This document shows, piece by piece, positions 1-12,932 of a stretch of DNA of 64,000 nt (position 1 is its first letter; every line of letters begins with the position of its first letter). Source of the stretch: Octopus sinensis (Eukaryota). The DNA lies in contig NC_042998.1 in NCBI RefSeq assembly GCF_006345805.1, forward strand, positions 95,108,001 to 95,172,000, written 5' to 3'. Below the pieces are notes generated by a model, which worked only from the letters and a program-made list of their open reading frames with translations, did no database searches and was not told the DNA's origin. Position numbers and translations under genes: made by a program.

Positions 1-417
1 TTTTCACCCAAGAAAAAAAATATGATATTTGCAGCATATTACGAGGTCAGGGTACTTGATTCCACGCAAAAAATCCGAGTTTTTTTGTTTTTTTTGTGAA
101 AATCGTGCGGATGTTACACGAAAATTTTACCGGAACAATAACATTAGCGCACAAACGACGCATTAGATTCATTATGAACTATGCTTGTTCTGCCGGCCCC
201 GCCTTTGGTCTCTCCCTATCAAACCCCAAGCAACACAAAACAACACAGAAGAGCATCCAACGTAGGTCGTAGGTAGTCCATACCCACAGACCAATGGCAC
301 AATAAAACAAAAAATGCTGCGAATGAAAAACCACTTCAACATGCGGGCGACAGTTTATTGTACCCCGGCTCTCCGTGTTACTACATGGAAATCCACTTCC
401 AAATAACCTTTCTCTCT

Positions 418-473
<56 letters not shown>

Positions 474-791
474 AAACATCCTACAATACAACAGTATCCT
501 AAAATCAAACACTATCTCTCTCATTCAACCCCGACATACATGAACAGCACAAAGGCATACAAATATTGCTACAGCATTAATGGCTCCACTGAACCCAAAC
601 ACTGCTTGGAAGCACACCAACGGTATTAAGTGCAAAAGAATGGCAACTGTCTTGCTCTGACCTTGTCCATCTTTCCTGTTTCGTTTGTGGTGACTCACCT
701 TGTCAGTTTCCTCTATGGATTTCATCTGAATCTATAGGCTTACATAAACAGACTCGACAGCCTAGATAGTGCAATATGTTTAGGATTCTGA

Positions 792-1190
792 GGCGGCGAG
801 CTGGCAGAAACGTTAGCACGCCGGGCGAAATGCTTCGCGCTATTTCGTCTGCCGTTACGTTCTGAGTTCAAATTCCGCTGAGGTTGACTTTGTCTTTCAT
901 CCTTTCGGAATCGATTAAATAAGTACCAGTTACTCACTGGGGTCGATGTAATCGACTTAATCCGTTTGTCTGTCCTTGTTTGTCCTCTCTGTGTTTAGCC
1001 CCTTGTGGGTAGTAAAGAAATATGTATTTCGTCTGCCGCTACGTTCTGAGTTCAAATTCCGCTGAGGTTGACTTTGCCTTTCATCCTTTCGGGGTCGATT
1101 AAATAAGTACCAGTTGCATACTTGGGTAGATCTAATCGACTGGTCCCCTCCCCCAAAAGTTCGGGCCTTGTGCCTAGATTAGAAAAGCAT
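792..1190 (+). mobile_element. tRNA-derived SINE with internally duplicated body
   Basis: GGCGGCGAGCTGGCAGAAACGTTAGC head and GAGTTCAAATTCC B-box-like motif; the same sequence recurs at 30230-30335(-), 51865 and 63157. Confidence 0.85.
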
Positions 1191-1751
1191 ATATTTAGGA
1201 TTCAGCATTGTAAGCTGGAGATTCTTCGCTTGACAGAGACATATTTTTACAGCGAAAATGAATCTGTGGAGTTACACCTCGTCGTTCGGCCCATTATATG
1301 CCGGTCCGCCATAGGACTGTTCTACCTGGACTGATTTATATGGAACTTTACAACCATCACCACCATCGCCGTCATGAACAACAACGACATAGCCAATTAG
1401 GGAGGCCCTTTAAGTGATCGATCGACCTGCAAGAAATCGCCAAAATTCCCTCAGATCAAACTTTAACTTCTTTCAAAAGGGTACCTAGGGGAATATAAAC
1501 GAAAAAGAAAAATGGGAATGGCATGTCTTTGATCATGGGTCTACTCGATCAGGGTTGACCAGCGGCTATACGATAACAATAACAACAACAAAAATTGTAC
1601 CCACTACGAAAACAACAACAACAATGACAGCAACAACAGCAATAACGATAATGGACTCACTCATGATTCAAATGCTTATTTTAAACGATATAAAATTTTA
1701 TAAAAATTATAAAAATTATATTTTAATAGAAGAAATATGACATTGACAGAC

Positions 1752-1846
1752 CTGTAAGATATAGTTCGTAGCTGGAATTAAACCATTAATAATGGAAATG
1801 TTTTCCATAACCGTTTGTTTTTTGCTATAATTCTGTGTTTCACATT
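1752..1846 (-). CDS. ARM+FN3 gene exon 12 (ECETQNYSKKQTVMENISIINGLIPATNYILQ), second half of FN3 #2; downstream exons not found in the window
   Basis: Acceptor tttacgcag, weaker donor gtctgt, 95 nt, phase 1 to 0; GL.PAT.Y FN3 signature. Confidence 0.8.
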
Positions 1847-3349
1847 CTGCGTAAATAGAAAAAAGAACCCCGTTAATTATATAAAATATTAATAGAGCTA
1901 CATAGCAATGTATGTAGATATTCAGTCTCAGCATGCTTGAAGATGATTTTTAACACATTTACACGCATTTAACTACTAAACCATTTGGTAGTGAGCAAAT
2001 GCCCTAGTTATTATTGTCTTATTTAATAAAACAAGACTTTGATGATAAGGTAGTGACTGGGTTCCTCTGGAACATTGCACTGTACAGAAAAATAATTGGT
2101 AAGGACTTCAACATTGGGATCCAGGTAATATTTGGTCTATTCGACTTTTAACTTGACTCGTAATCAAGGCGAATGGTTGATGAGTTAAATTCGTGGTCTA
2201 CAGATTACATATATCATCAATTAACTTGCGCTGTCAACCCTTGATAGAATAGTTAGGATGGTGACATGATATACGCCAGATCTCTTTGGGCTTGACCACA
2301 GTTGATTTCTTTCGAGAAGAGGAGAATCGATCCTATTACCGGACTGTTACTTTAGACATCGATGGTAACAGAATTCAAACTGCAGAGAGCCAGAACGAAA
2401 AGCGCAAGGTAAACTGTCCGACCCTCTAACGATTCGGTTAGTGAATGTGATGCTCGTTTCCATTCATCACTTACGTTCATATACACATTAGTGTAACTAG
2501 GAGAGGAGAGTGGGGTAAGTAAGCCGAGGGCAGCGCTTTTAAACCGGCTGTATGAACGCATATAGGATTGGGAGTCCTGGTCGAGGCAAACTCAAGAGCT
2601 ACTCTAGGCCGAACTCAGTCTATCTATGTCATTGCATATATTTATATTCAAATCATATTGCTATGACCCATGATCCTTAATGTATAAAAAAAATGCTGTC
2701 AGTGATATAAGTCCATTTCATCTACCATTCGTGAAGGCACGTGACTGAGAGGCCAGCGTATTGCACAAGGTCGTAGTTTCGAATACCAGACGTCTGAATA
2801 GTGTATCGTGCTTTTTGAGCTAAACACTTTATCTCGCGTAGCTTCAGTCCACCCAGCGGTAAGCAAGTAGCCCTGAGACAGACTAGCGTTTCATTCAGGG
2901 CTGATATTGTGTTGCCGGTCGCTTATATGCCATGGAAGCCAAGTAACTAGCCTTAAGAACCCTAGGACTCGAGACGACAGTGTCCAGAAGACTCATTACT
3001 ATTCGTAATCTCAGCACACAAATCCTCTACAAAAAGAAACAAAGAAAGACATTACCAACCGCTTCATAATAAATGTATATTTGTTTTATGTAGAATCTTA
3101 TATATATACATACATACACATATGCATACATACATACATACATACATACATACATACATACATACATACATACATACATACATACATACATACATACATA
3201 CATACATACATACGTGTGTGTGTGTGTCGGGGGTGTATTTGTGAAAGAAATGGACGCCAGAAGTTTTTAATTCCATTCTTCTAAAATATAAATATTCAAT
3301 AACAAAAATGAACAATTCCGAATCCTTACCGAAAGGATAAATGTCTTAC

Positions 3350-3463
3350 CTATCAGTATGATATATTTCACCACAGTGTTACAGTTTGAGGGCGGATCCC
3401 AGGTTAGTTTCACTTGGTTCTGTGTCTGAGCTACCAAACGAAGATTTTTCGGAGCTTCAGGAA
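3350..3463 (-). CDS. ARM+FN3 gene exon 11 (PEAPKNLRLVAQTQNQVKLTWDPPSNCNTVVKYIILI), first half of FN3 #2
   Basis: Acceptor ttctttag, donor gtaaga, 114 nt, phase 1 to 1; P..P.NL and L.W.PP motifs. Confidence 0.92.
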
Positions 3464-3682
3464 CTAAAGAATCGAAAATATATTTCAAATCATTATTATT
3501 ATTTAGCGGTGCATTCTTTTAAAAGCGTTTCACATTCTCGTGATTATTTTCACACGTTGATATGACATACAGATTCTTGGACGCGCGTCTTCCTATCATC
3601 AACATATTTAAGTGCGTGCGCGTATGTATGTATGTATGTATGTATGTATGTATGTATGTATGTATGTATGTATGTATGTATG

Positions 3683-3747
<65 letters not shown>

Positions 3748-3981
3748 TGGGGGAGGGGCATGTCAGCTTTGGAGAAATCTTGATTGTCCAGATTGTCGTC
3801 TCCCCTTCTCAAGTGGAGCTGGTCTTAATTGCTATTTCGTAATTAGGATACATCCTCTAGAGGCGGAGACAATTTTTATAAATCAAGAATTTATGCTTGT
3901 ATAACTGTACTTCTCCCTCACTTTCTCTCTCGTTTTTTCTCTCTTTCTCTCCCTTTCTACGCGTGCGCACATCGAAACACA

Positions 3982-4048
<67 letters not shown>

Positions 4049-4089
4049 TTTATAGTGTATTATCGCACAGTATCGCACAGTGCCGCACA

Positions 4090-4690
4090 ATATAGGCCAG
4101 ATCATCAGATGCTATTATACACCGCTAGTCTTCAGGCGTTTCCAGTTTTGTCTTGATTGCGCTATTCTTTTCCATCTTGACTTAAATAACTTAGCTAAAT
4201 CAACTTCCCATCGTCATTGAAGTCTTCTATGTAGCCTTTTCTGATCTGTTAGAAACCACTCGGAAACTGCGTAGGCCCATCTGCTGTCTGTGAGCCTTGC
4301 GGCCTGTCTGGCCCAGCGAAATTTGTGCTTTCGGTATTCTGAAATTGTACCGTTCACTCCACTCCGTTCTCGAATGATTTCATTTCGAATGTCCTCTTGT
4401 CATGATGTTCCTAGCACGGATCTTTCCATGACCCTTTGTTTCGTAGCCAATCAATGTTCTATTCTCTTAGTTGTAGCCCACTTCTCACTAGCGTATAAAA
4501 GTACAAGTATGATGTTGTTACTGAAAAGTCTGGCACGTATGGCATTGTCTGTATTTGATTTGAATACCTCCTCTATTCTGCCCTTACTCTCTTTGAGATT
4601 TCAGCATCCATATCTCGGCGTATAATCACTGTTTGCCCAAATCGCTTCCCACTTCTATTCGGTCTTTTGCTACGTCATCCAACCGCATAT
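4090..4690 (-). mobile_element. Old RTE-clade LINE, 3' part (split by a younger RTE)
   Basis: Decayed RT C-terminal motifs (RARLFSNNIILVLLYASEKWATT); reading continues at 8137. Confidence 0.7.
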
Positions 4691-7600
4691 CATCATCATT
4701 ATTGTTCGACCGTGGTCGAGACAATGGAATTTACCATGTTGCGCCAGACTTCACGGTCCATCATAGCATTACGGAGGTCCTGTTGCTGGATGCCTGTATC
4801 CCTGGAGATTACATCAGGGTAGGAGAGTGTGCGCCCTCTGGTGTTGCGAGTAGATGGCTTCCAGAGGAGAAGAGTAGAAATTACTTCTTTTTCAGCTCTA
4901 CAACAATGTCCAGCAAACTGGACTCTCCTACCTTTCACAAGAGATGACACAGGTGGTAATTTCCCATATATTTGCATTTTAGTTGGATGGCGCCTCCACG
5001 AGAGATTTTGAGCTCTCATAAGGAGGCGAGTGTAGGTTCCATCCAACCGCCTCTCAAGCTTCTTTGATAACGTCCAGGTTTCTGAGCCATATAGTAGGAT
5101 TGGTTCGACTGTGGCTTTGAATATTTCAAGTTTGAAGTCTCTACTTAGATTTGATGACCAGATCTTATGCATGTCATTACAGGCTGACCAGGCCATACCC
5201 TTTCTAGCTAGAAAGTCTTTTCCAGATGATGATATGTATGACCCAAGATATTTATAATCAGAAACCATATTTAAAGGTGCACTGTTGAGAGTGTGGATGA
5301 TGCAATCACTGTTGGACAGGCACTTGTTTATGTATTCAGTTTTGGCCTCATTGAGGTAAAGACCTACACAATTTGAGGCTTGTTCAAGAGATTGTAAAAG
5401 AGACTGGGCATTGGAGAGAGAATCACTGATAAGAGCGATGTCGTCAGCAAAGTCAGTGTCTGTCAAGTACTCAGCTGGGTGTCTGAAACTTCTTCTTGGT
5501 TTTATTTCAAAGCCCTTGCCAGAGATGGTATCAACTGACATACGTAGCACATAATCAACAACAATGATGAAAAGAAATGGGGCGAGTGTGTCTCCCTGCA
5601 GTATTCCGGCCTCGATCGAGAAAGATGATGTTTCTCCATCAGGGGTTAAGATGGTTGAAGACGTATCTGTGTAGAGGACCTTGATGGCAGAAATAATTTT
5701 GTCTGGTATCCCATAGAGCTTAAGGATTTCAAACATCTTGTACCTATCGAACGCTTTAGAAAAGTCTACAAATACCATTGCAAGATCGCGATTAAATGCT
5801 TTTGATTCTTCAATAAGTCTGCGCAGGCATAGTATCTGGCTCAGCGTTGAGCGCCCATGTCTGAATCCAGTTTGGTTCTTTCGGAGCAAAGGTTCAACAA
5901 AAAGGACAAGACGATTTAGGATCAGTTTGTTGTACAGTTTTGCAGCAATTGACATTAGAGATATGCCCCTGTAGTTGGTGACGAGGGACAAATCGCCTTT
6001 TTTTGGTATTGGAATTATTTGAGATTGGTGCCAAATCTTTGGAGCGACAAAGGTGGAAAGTGTGTGGTTGCAGAGGTTAAGCAAAAGTGTGTGAAATCTA
6101 TCATCCTTCCAAATCACAGCCGGAATGTTGTCGGGACCAAATGCTTTCGAGGCTTTTAGTTACTTGGTGGCTGCTGTTAGTTCAAATATGGTAAAAGGGG
6201 AGGTGTTGATGTCCAGCGTGTCTGATATAGGCACACTTGGGAGAGTGGGGTTATCAGGGATTTTGGCATTCTTCCCAAGGAGGTTTTTAAAATGGGTTGA
6301 CCAATTTTCTAAACACTTCTTAGCTGATCCCCCTTTAATTCTAATTGATGACCCAGAATTTTTGCCTGATAGGTCTTTGATGGATTTCCAGGCGAGATGG
6401 TGTTTTTTTACTAATGTGCTCTTTCGATAGTTTACTAATTTTGCCATTGATAAATTCGACCTCGGCGTTCAAGTAAGCCTCATCAAGATTCTTCCTGGCA
6501 GTTATGAGTTGGATCTTCAGTGACTGGGATGGAGAATGGTGGTAAGCTAGTGATATAGACTTTAGATGGTTTCTGGCTTCGATGACATTTGGGGAATTAG
6601 AAGATTTGCTCTGGCCCCTACTCTTCCTTTTGGGAAGAGTAGCCAGTGCAACTTCCTCTGTTGATTTGATGAGGCTGCTGTATACTTCCTCAATGTTCTC
6701 AGCATCTATTTCAGAAGTAGACAGAGATTGAAATTTGTTATAGATCTCAATAGAAAATTGTTTGGACATATCGGGGTTAGATAAGACTTCCTCCCAGTCG
6801 ATCATTTTGATCGGGTGAGGCTTAGTTTTTTTGGATGAGCGAAGACTAAGCTTAACGGTAGCTGATACAATTCTGTGGTCAGAGCCGACAGAACTAAAGG
6901 AAGAGTAGGATCTCGAGTCCTTAACACTATTGCGCCATTTCTTTCGAAAGATGAGGTAGTCAATTTGTGCCCTATCACCAAGTGGGGACTCAAATGTCCA
7001 AAGTTGACCTTTTGGTTTCATAAAAGAATTGTTGGAGGTGTAGAGATTAAATTCCTCCAAGAAGTCTTTGAGCATTTCTCCGTTCCGATTGGTTTTAGAG
7101 TTGAAAGTAAACTTGGTCTCATCGGGTCCTAGTCTAGCATTCAGATCACCAGCTATAACCAGAAAATTATGGAGAGGTACTTGCTCAATGGTTGAACGAA
7201 GGGTTGTATAGAAATTTTCAATTTCGTCTGCCACAGACGAATTATGTGGGCTATACACACATACCAATGTTGATTTTGGGTTTCCATCTATCTCAAGCAC
7301 CATAATTCTAGGTGAGATTGACTCTATACTCAAGAGAGTATCACTAGCCTTTGATGAAAGTAGAAATCCGATACCTCCAACTGTTGAATTAACAGTATTC
7401 TTTGATGCTGAGGAGGTTACAAGTTGATAAGAACCGACTTGATGGTATTTGAGGATGTTGTCAGGGTGGTAAAATCGGTGTTCTTGGACAGCTATTATAT
7501 CAATGCCATGTGATTCTGCATTTGCACCAAGTTCTTCTAGACGGCCAAGAGAGCCGAGGGTGCGGGCATTGAGGGTGCTGAGTATCGTATGATTTTTACA

Positions 7601-8124
7601 GCTGATGAGGTGTTTGTTTGGTGTTGTTTGGTTGGGGGCTGACTCTTCTCCATCAGGTGATACCCGTCTGTTAAGATTGAGGGCATCACCATCAATGGAT
7701 GCCCTTGGAGGTGCAACATTATCAGAGACAGGACCCGGCAAAGCAGGGGCTGGACCTACATCCGCAGGTATACCATTAGGTCTGGTTCCCTGGGGAAGAG
7801 GAACCCTGGTGCAGTTAATTGCAAATTCCATAGTCTTTTCAAATGGCTAATAATGTGTGCGCGCGCCACTACTACACACATTGGAAAGCATTGTACAACC
7901 AAGTACTAAAGAAGATCTTTCCTCCTCCATGAAACAAAGCTGTTCCCGCTGGACGTCAACCCAGTACTTCTAAGCTACGGGCTGAGTGATTTATTGTAAG
8001 GTTATCTCCCTAGATAGATTGCCTTCACTACGGCTAAGGAGCCCTTTCTACCCCACTGACACAGGTTGTACTGGTTTACAGTTTACCAGTAGTAGGATCC
8101 GATGCTGCATACAACAGACCTGAC
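4691..8124 (-). mobile_element. Full-length RTE-clade LINE, about 3.4 kb, with (TGA)n tail and 12-bp TSD CCAACCGCATAT
   Basis: TSD at 4679-4690 and 8125-8136; 5' UTR of about 290 nt; APE endonuclease and RT domains. Confidence 0.93.
4699..7831 (-). pseudogene. RTE ORF (APE endonuclease + reverse transcriptase) with one frameshift and one nonsense codon
   Basis: APE motifs TLNARTL, AVQEH, AGDLNAR, QIDY, SDH; RT motifs NYRGISL, QGDTLAP, FADD, YLG. Frameshift in an A7 run near 6405-6411; in-frame TAA at 6160-6162. Confidence 0.9.
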
Positions 8125-8136
8125 CCAACCGCATAT

Positions 8137-8550
8137 AGTTTGATTTTGTGAAGTTCATTTTAAGACCTACTGCTTAGCTATGAGTGCCCAGCTCTGTCAG
8201 TATAGTCTGCAGCTTGCCTGTGGTTTCAGCGATGAGTACATGTCATCTGCGAATCGTAGGTTTGTTAGTTGTTCGCCATTGATGTTCATTCAACGTCCCT
8301 GATGACATGTGGTAAAGAGCTTTGGAGGAACAGTATCTCCTTGCTTCATACCCTTTCCAATAGGAACCCTTACTAGTGGTGATAGCATAGCTATATCTGT
8401 ACTGAATCCAGGGTTCGCATATCTGAGCAGTTTGATATATTGCGTCACGACACCTTGCACTACCAGAAATTTCTATGCTGCTTTCGCCTCGACGCGTTTA
8501 AATGCCTTTTTGTAATCGGCAAAAGCGATACACAGAGGAATCCTGTATTC
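8137..8550 (-). mobile_element. Old RTE-clade LINE, RT core (5' part of the split element)
   Basis: Minus-strand [26 protein letters not shown] and GLKMN motifs, with stops and frameshifts. Confidence 0.8.
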
Positions 8551-8569
8551 ATTGTTTTGTGTGTATGTG

Positions 8570-8630
<61 letters not shown>

Positions 8631-8631
8631 A

Positions 8632-8723
<92 letters not shown>

Positions 8724-8803
8724 GGTGGTGCTATTAAGTTAGACATGGCCTGGGCCAATAATGGCCGAAACCTATCAAAGTATCAAAGTATCAAAGTATC
8801 AAA

Positions 8804-8856
<53 letters not shown>

Positions 8857-9002
8857 GAAGAAAAATGCAAACTGGGACAAGAACGTAAAACATTTAGAAG
8901 ACGATACAAAAAACACGGACGGGACATTCGAAGCCTTCAATCTTTAGTCAAGAACCGGATCATCCTAGCAATTTCGGCTGATTAATATATATATATAAAT
9001 AT

Positions 9003-9034
<32 letters not shown>

Positions 9035-9169
9035 ATAAGTAATACTAAGCAATAAAGGGTTTAGCAACGAATTGCCTTACCACATACCGAATTTAGAAAT
9101 AGCAGTCAAAGAGTTATAGCTATTTCTTCTACTAAAAAGGGAGATCTCAGTAAAAACAGCAATTGGAAT

Positions 9170-9204
<35 letters not shown>

Positions 9205-9839
9205 TATCAGAGACACACCCAAACACACACACACACAATCACACACACACGCACACGCGCGGGAACACACAAACATGCACATATTTCAAGATCCATCATT
9301 CTAAGTGTGACTTTGAATTACATTGATTGGCAGTTTGACGGGAAGTATTAGTCTATTCCTTTATTTCTTTCAATTACAAAAATCTTTCAATCTCTTTAAG
9401 GGAAGTAACTCTAAAATATTTTGAACTTTTTTAGTTGCTTCCCTTAGAATAAACATTATGCTGTGTTTCACTCCCAGGTCTGTGTTGTTTGAGATAACAC
9501 ATAATCAAACGCGTTCCAGCTTTGACAATCTCATCGTTTGGATGTATTTGGCGCTATATTATTCTATGTCTTATCTTCAGCTTTTTTCTTTAGGCGATAA
9601 GATGTGTAGTCTGACAGAGATGTTACTGCTATTTTTGGAGCATTTAGTTTTGTGGTTATGGTGGGGGAACTTAATTACTGCAAGGGCATTTAACGAAGTG
9701 ATTAAAAAGAGGCATCGCATGTCCGTGCCACTGGAATTTTGCTTCATATAATGATAGCTAAAGAGATTATTAGTATTATTGTTATCATTTTCCGATAGAA
9801 TTGTATTTTATTTCATCTTCCGACCGGGTCTCAACAAGA

Positions 9840-10870
9840 GACCTATGGCTCGTATATATTAGATGGATAGAAACCTCCTGAGAATGTGAGCAGTTGATGT
9901 CGACACAATTTTTTGAGACTCATAGATTGTTGGTTTCCCAGGGATCTGGCAAATTTGTCAGTACCTTTCTTGGTCATTCTCAGGGCACTTACAACAATAG
10001 AAATAATTTTGATTTTTAATTGCCACGTCCAAGATATCTCAATCTCAAAGTCCTTATATTTCGACATTTTTTCAAATTCCTTTGCTGAGATGTTTCTATC
10101 AGTAGGTACAATCATATCAATTAACCGGTATGCTTTTTGTTTTAAGTCTTTGATCACAATATCTAGTCTGTTAGCATTTATTTGCCTGTCTTTATGTATT
10201 CCGTAATCTCATAAGATGGTACATTCTCTCCCTCAGTGACTAGCTGTGGATGGTGGTCATATGAGTTCTTAGGGTGCGGGATACCACAGTAACGGCATAT
10301 TCTCCAGTACAAGTATTTGCCAACTCGATCATGCCTGGTTTTATATTCTGTAGGCGCAAGGACTGAACAAACGGCAACAATGTGGTTAATACTCTCAAGT
10401 TTGTCATTGCAGAATCTGCACTTTGTGTCTACCTCATTTTCTGTGTCATTAGCCTGAGAGGTCCGGGTGAGGAGACGCTGATCTTCTGCCGCTAGGATAA
10501 ATCTTTCTCTTTCGGATTTCAAACCAGCACTCTGCAGCCACTGATAGGTTCTTATATTTACATCAGTTTCGCCAGCTCGTTAGGGGTATTGCCCATGCAA
10601 CGGTTTTTTCTTGCCGCAGTCTTGATATTTCCTTCAAGCTTTCTTGTTTCGTTTTTGTTTTACACTTTTTTTGCTGCCTTAGTAGGTGGTGTCTCCTCCT
10701 TACCATCATCATAATCAGGGAGGTTAAGCTCACGTTTGTATTTATATGCCTCCTTTGAGATTGAATGCAGTTCCTTATTCTGTTCATGTTGCCTTACCAA
10801 TTGTATCATCGAGTCGGTGTTACTTTGGATGTACACTTGAAGTCGATGTAATCGATTCATCCCCTCTTCC
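9840..10870 (-). mobile_element. Decayed R4/Dong-like (RLE) non-LTR retrotransposon, 3' part
   Basis: CRFC...H..C zinc knuckle, RHDRV, IDMIVP and KE..K..KY motifs in several frames. Confidence 0.85.
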
Positions 10871-10920
10871 AATATTGCTGCTCTTGTGGCAAAATTTGAA
10901 ACTATTATTATTATTATTAT

Positions 10921-12725
10921 CTTTTTTTCTTCTTCTTTCAAATCTGCTTCCATTTCTTGCCGAGTGCCTTCCCGACTCCTAGGGCAAAGAAACTCATAGT
11001 ATACATTGGTAGGCCATTAAACTAAACTCACTAGTTCGTTCATTTTTTTTTTAAAGTTAAATTAAAATATATGGGTAGTAATAGTTCTCACATCGACAAT
11101 GCTCTTCTCAATACGTGTGATGTACCAGTTAAGACAATCTTTTGCACTTCTTGCAGGGATTGTAAGCCAGGGATCATTCTCATATAATTTTCGGTTCCCT
11201 TCTTGATCATTCCTAGTGCTCCCACGATCAGGTATTGTAACCGCTTTGAGATGCCACATTTTCTCAATTTCAATGAGCAGGTCTTTATATTTTCTGAGCT
11301 TGTCAAACTCTTTCGCCGAGATATTATGATCACAGAGGATGCTCATGTCGATCAATAAGCAAACTTTATTCTTTTGGTCTTTCACAACAATATCCGGTTT
11401 ATTGGCTTTGATGGTTCGGTCTGTACGTACTGGAAAGTCCCACAGAATCGTTACATTTTCTCCTTCAGTTACAGCTTCAGGGTGGTGATTATACCACTTG
11501 TCGGCAGTTTTGATATTGTAATGCCGACTTATTAGCCAGTGTAGATATTGGCCAACTCTGTCATGTCTTAATTTATACTCCACTGGTGCTAAGACTTTAC
11601 ATCCAGAGATTAGGTGGTCCACTGTTTCAATCATGTCGTTGCAGAATCGGCATTTTGGGTCTGCTCCATTTTTCATCACATTGGCCTGGTAGTTCCGGGT
11701 TAATAGGCTTTGATCTTGAGCAGCCAGGATGAAACCTTCCCTCTCTGCTTTTAGCCCTGAGTTCCGTAGCCACTGATGGGTTTGCTTCTGGTCAACATCA
11801 GCTTGTTTGCTACGGGCCACATATTTGCCGTGCAGATGTTTCTCCTCCCACCTATCAGCCAATTGCTCGTGCGCTTTTTTTGTTGCCATTATTTTCACCT
11901 TCTTTGCAACAATAGTTGCCGTACTTCCCTCGGGTTGTTCAGTTTGGGTATCCTGCACGAGATCAATAGCAAATTCTTTGCTTTCCTTTATGATAGAATG
12001 AAGCTTCTTTCGTCTCTCGTGATTTTCCACGAGCTTTAGCATCCAGTCATTCGTTATTTCAAGGTATTTGGCCAGTCCAATTGTGGTTGTTTTGTAAGCT
12101 AGTTCAAATTGGATCAGGCCTCGACCTCCTTGGGCTCTGGGGAGGTAAGGCCGATCTACGTCTGCCTTTGGGTGGTGCATCCTATTACAACTCAGCAGCT
12201 TGCGTATTTTCCTATCTATATTCTTTACTTCACTCATATTCCAGTTCAACACATTGTAGCTATAAGTAACAACTGGAACTGCTAAGGAATTTATAGCTAA
12301 CACCTTGTTACGTGCATTTAGTTCAGATTTCAGGACTGCACGAAATCTCCTATAACATTTCTTCCTGATCTTCTCTTTCATGCTTGCATGCTGAATACCA
12401 GAGCCTTCATTTATCCCTAAATATTTGTATGTTTGTTCTTGCTCAAGCTCTCTTATGACTGTGTCAACATCTAACACGACTGAATTTGTGGTCTTCACTT
12501 TCCCTTTGTGGAAAGTGGCCTTGGTACACTTCTCAAGCCCAAACTCCATCCCGATGTCATCGCTGAATGCTTTCACAGTGCACAATAGGCCTTCAAGTTC
12601 ATTATCGTCTTTACCATAGAGTTTTAAGTCATCCATATAAAATAGATGGCTTATTTTTTTATTGACAATTTTATACCCATACCCTGTTCTGTTTAATTCA
12701 CTTGTAAGGGGTATTAGGGCTATGC
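10921..12725 (-). mobile_element. R4/Dong-like RLE non-LTR retrotransposon, 5'-truncated, 3' end abutting (TAA)n
   Basis: ORF 11062..12636: MDDLKLY RT motif, CRFC..ET.DH..SGC knuckle, ILWD, KPDIV and LIDM restriction-like endonuclease motifs; C-terminal frameshift. Confidence 0.9.
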
Positions 12726-12820
12726 AGAATATTATCGTAGCACCAAAATGTTTTTGGAAACTAAAAGGAAAACTAAATCAGTATACCAAATCGCTTGTCC
12801 TATGGTTAATCTGGAAGCAC

Positions 12821-12895
<75 letters not shown>

Positions 12896-12932
12896 CAGTA
12901 GTAGTAGTAGTAGTAGTAGTAATAGTAGTAGT

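Noticed and set aside
1950-2620. Possible decayed RT fragment on the minus strand
   Set aside because: Only a faint DDI-like remnant with many stops; too weak to assign.
8720-8790. GGCC...GGCC-GAAAC motif and (AAAGTATC)x4
   Set aside because: No CUGANGA core; the short tandem repeat is unremarkable.
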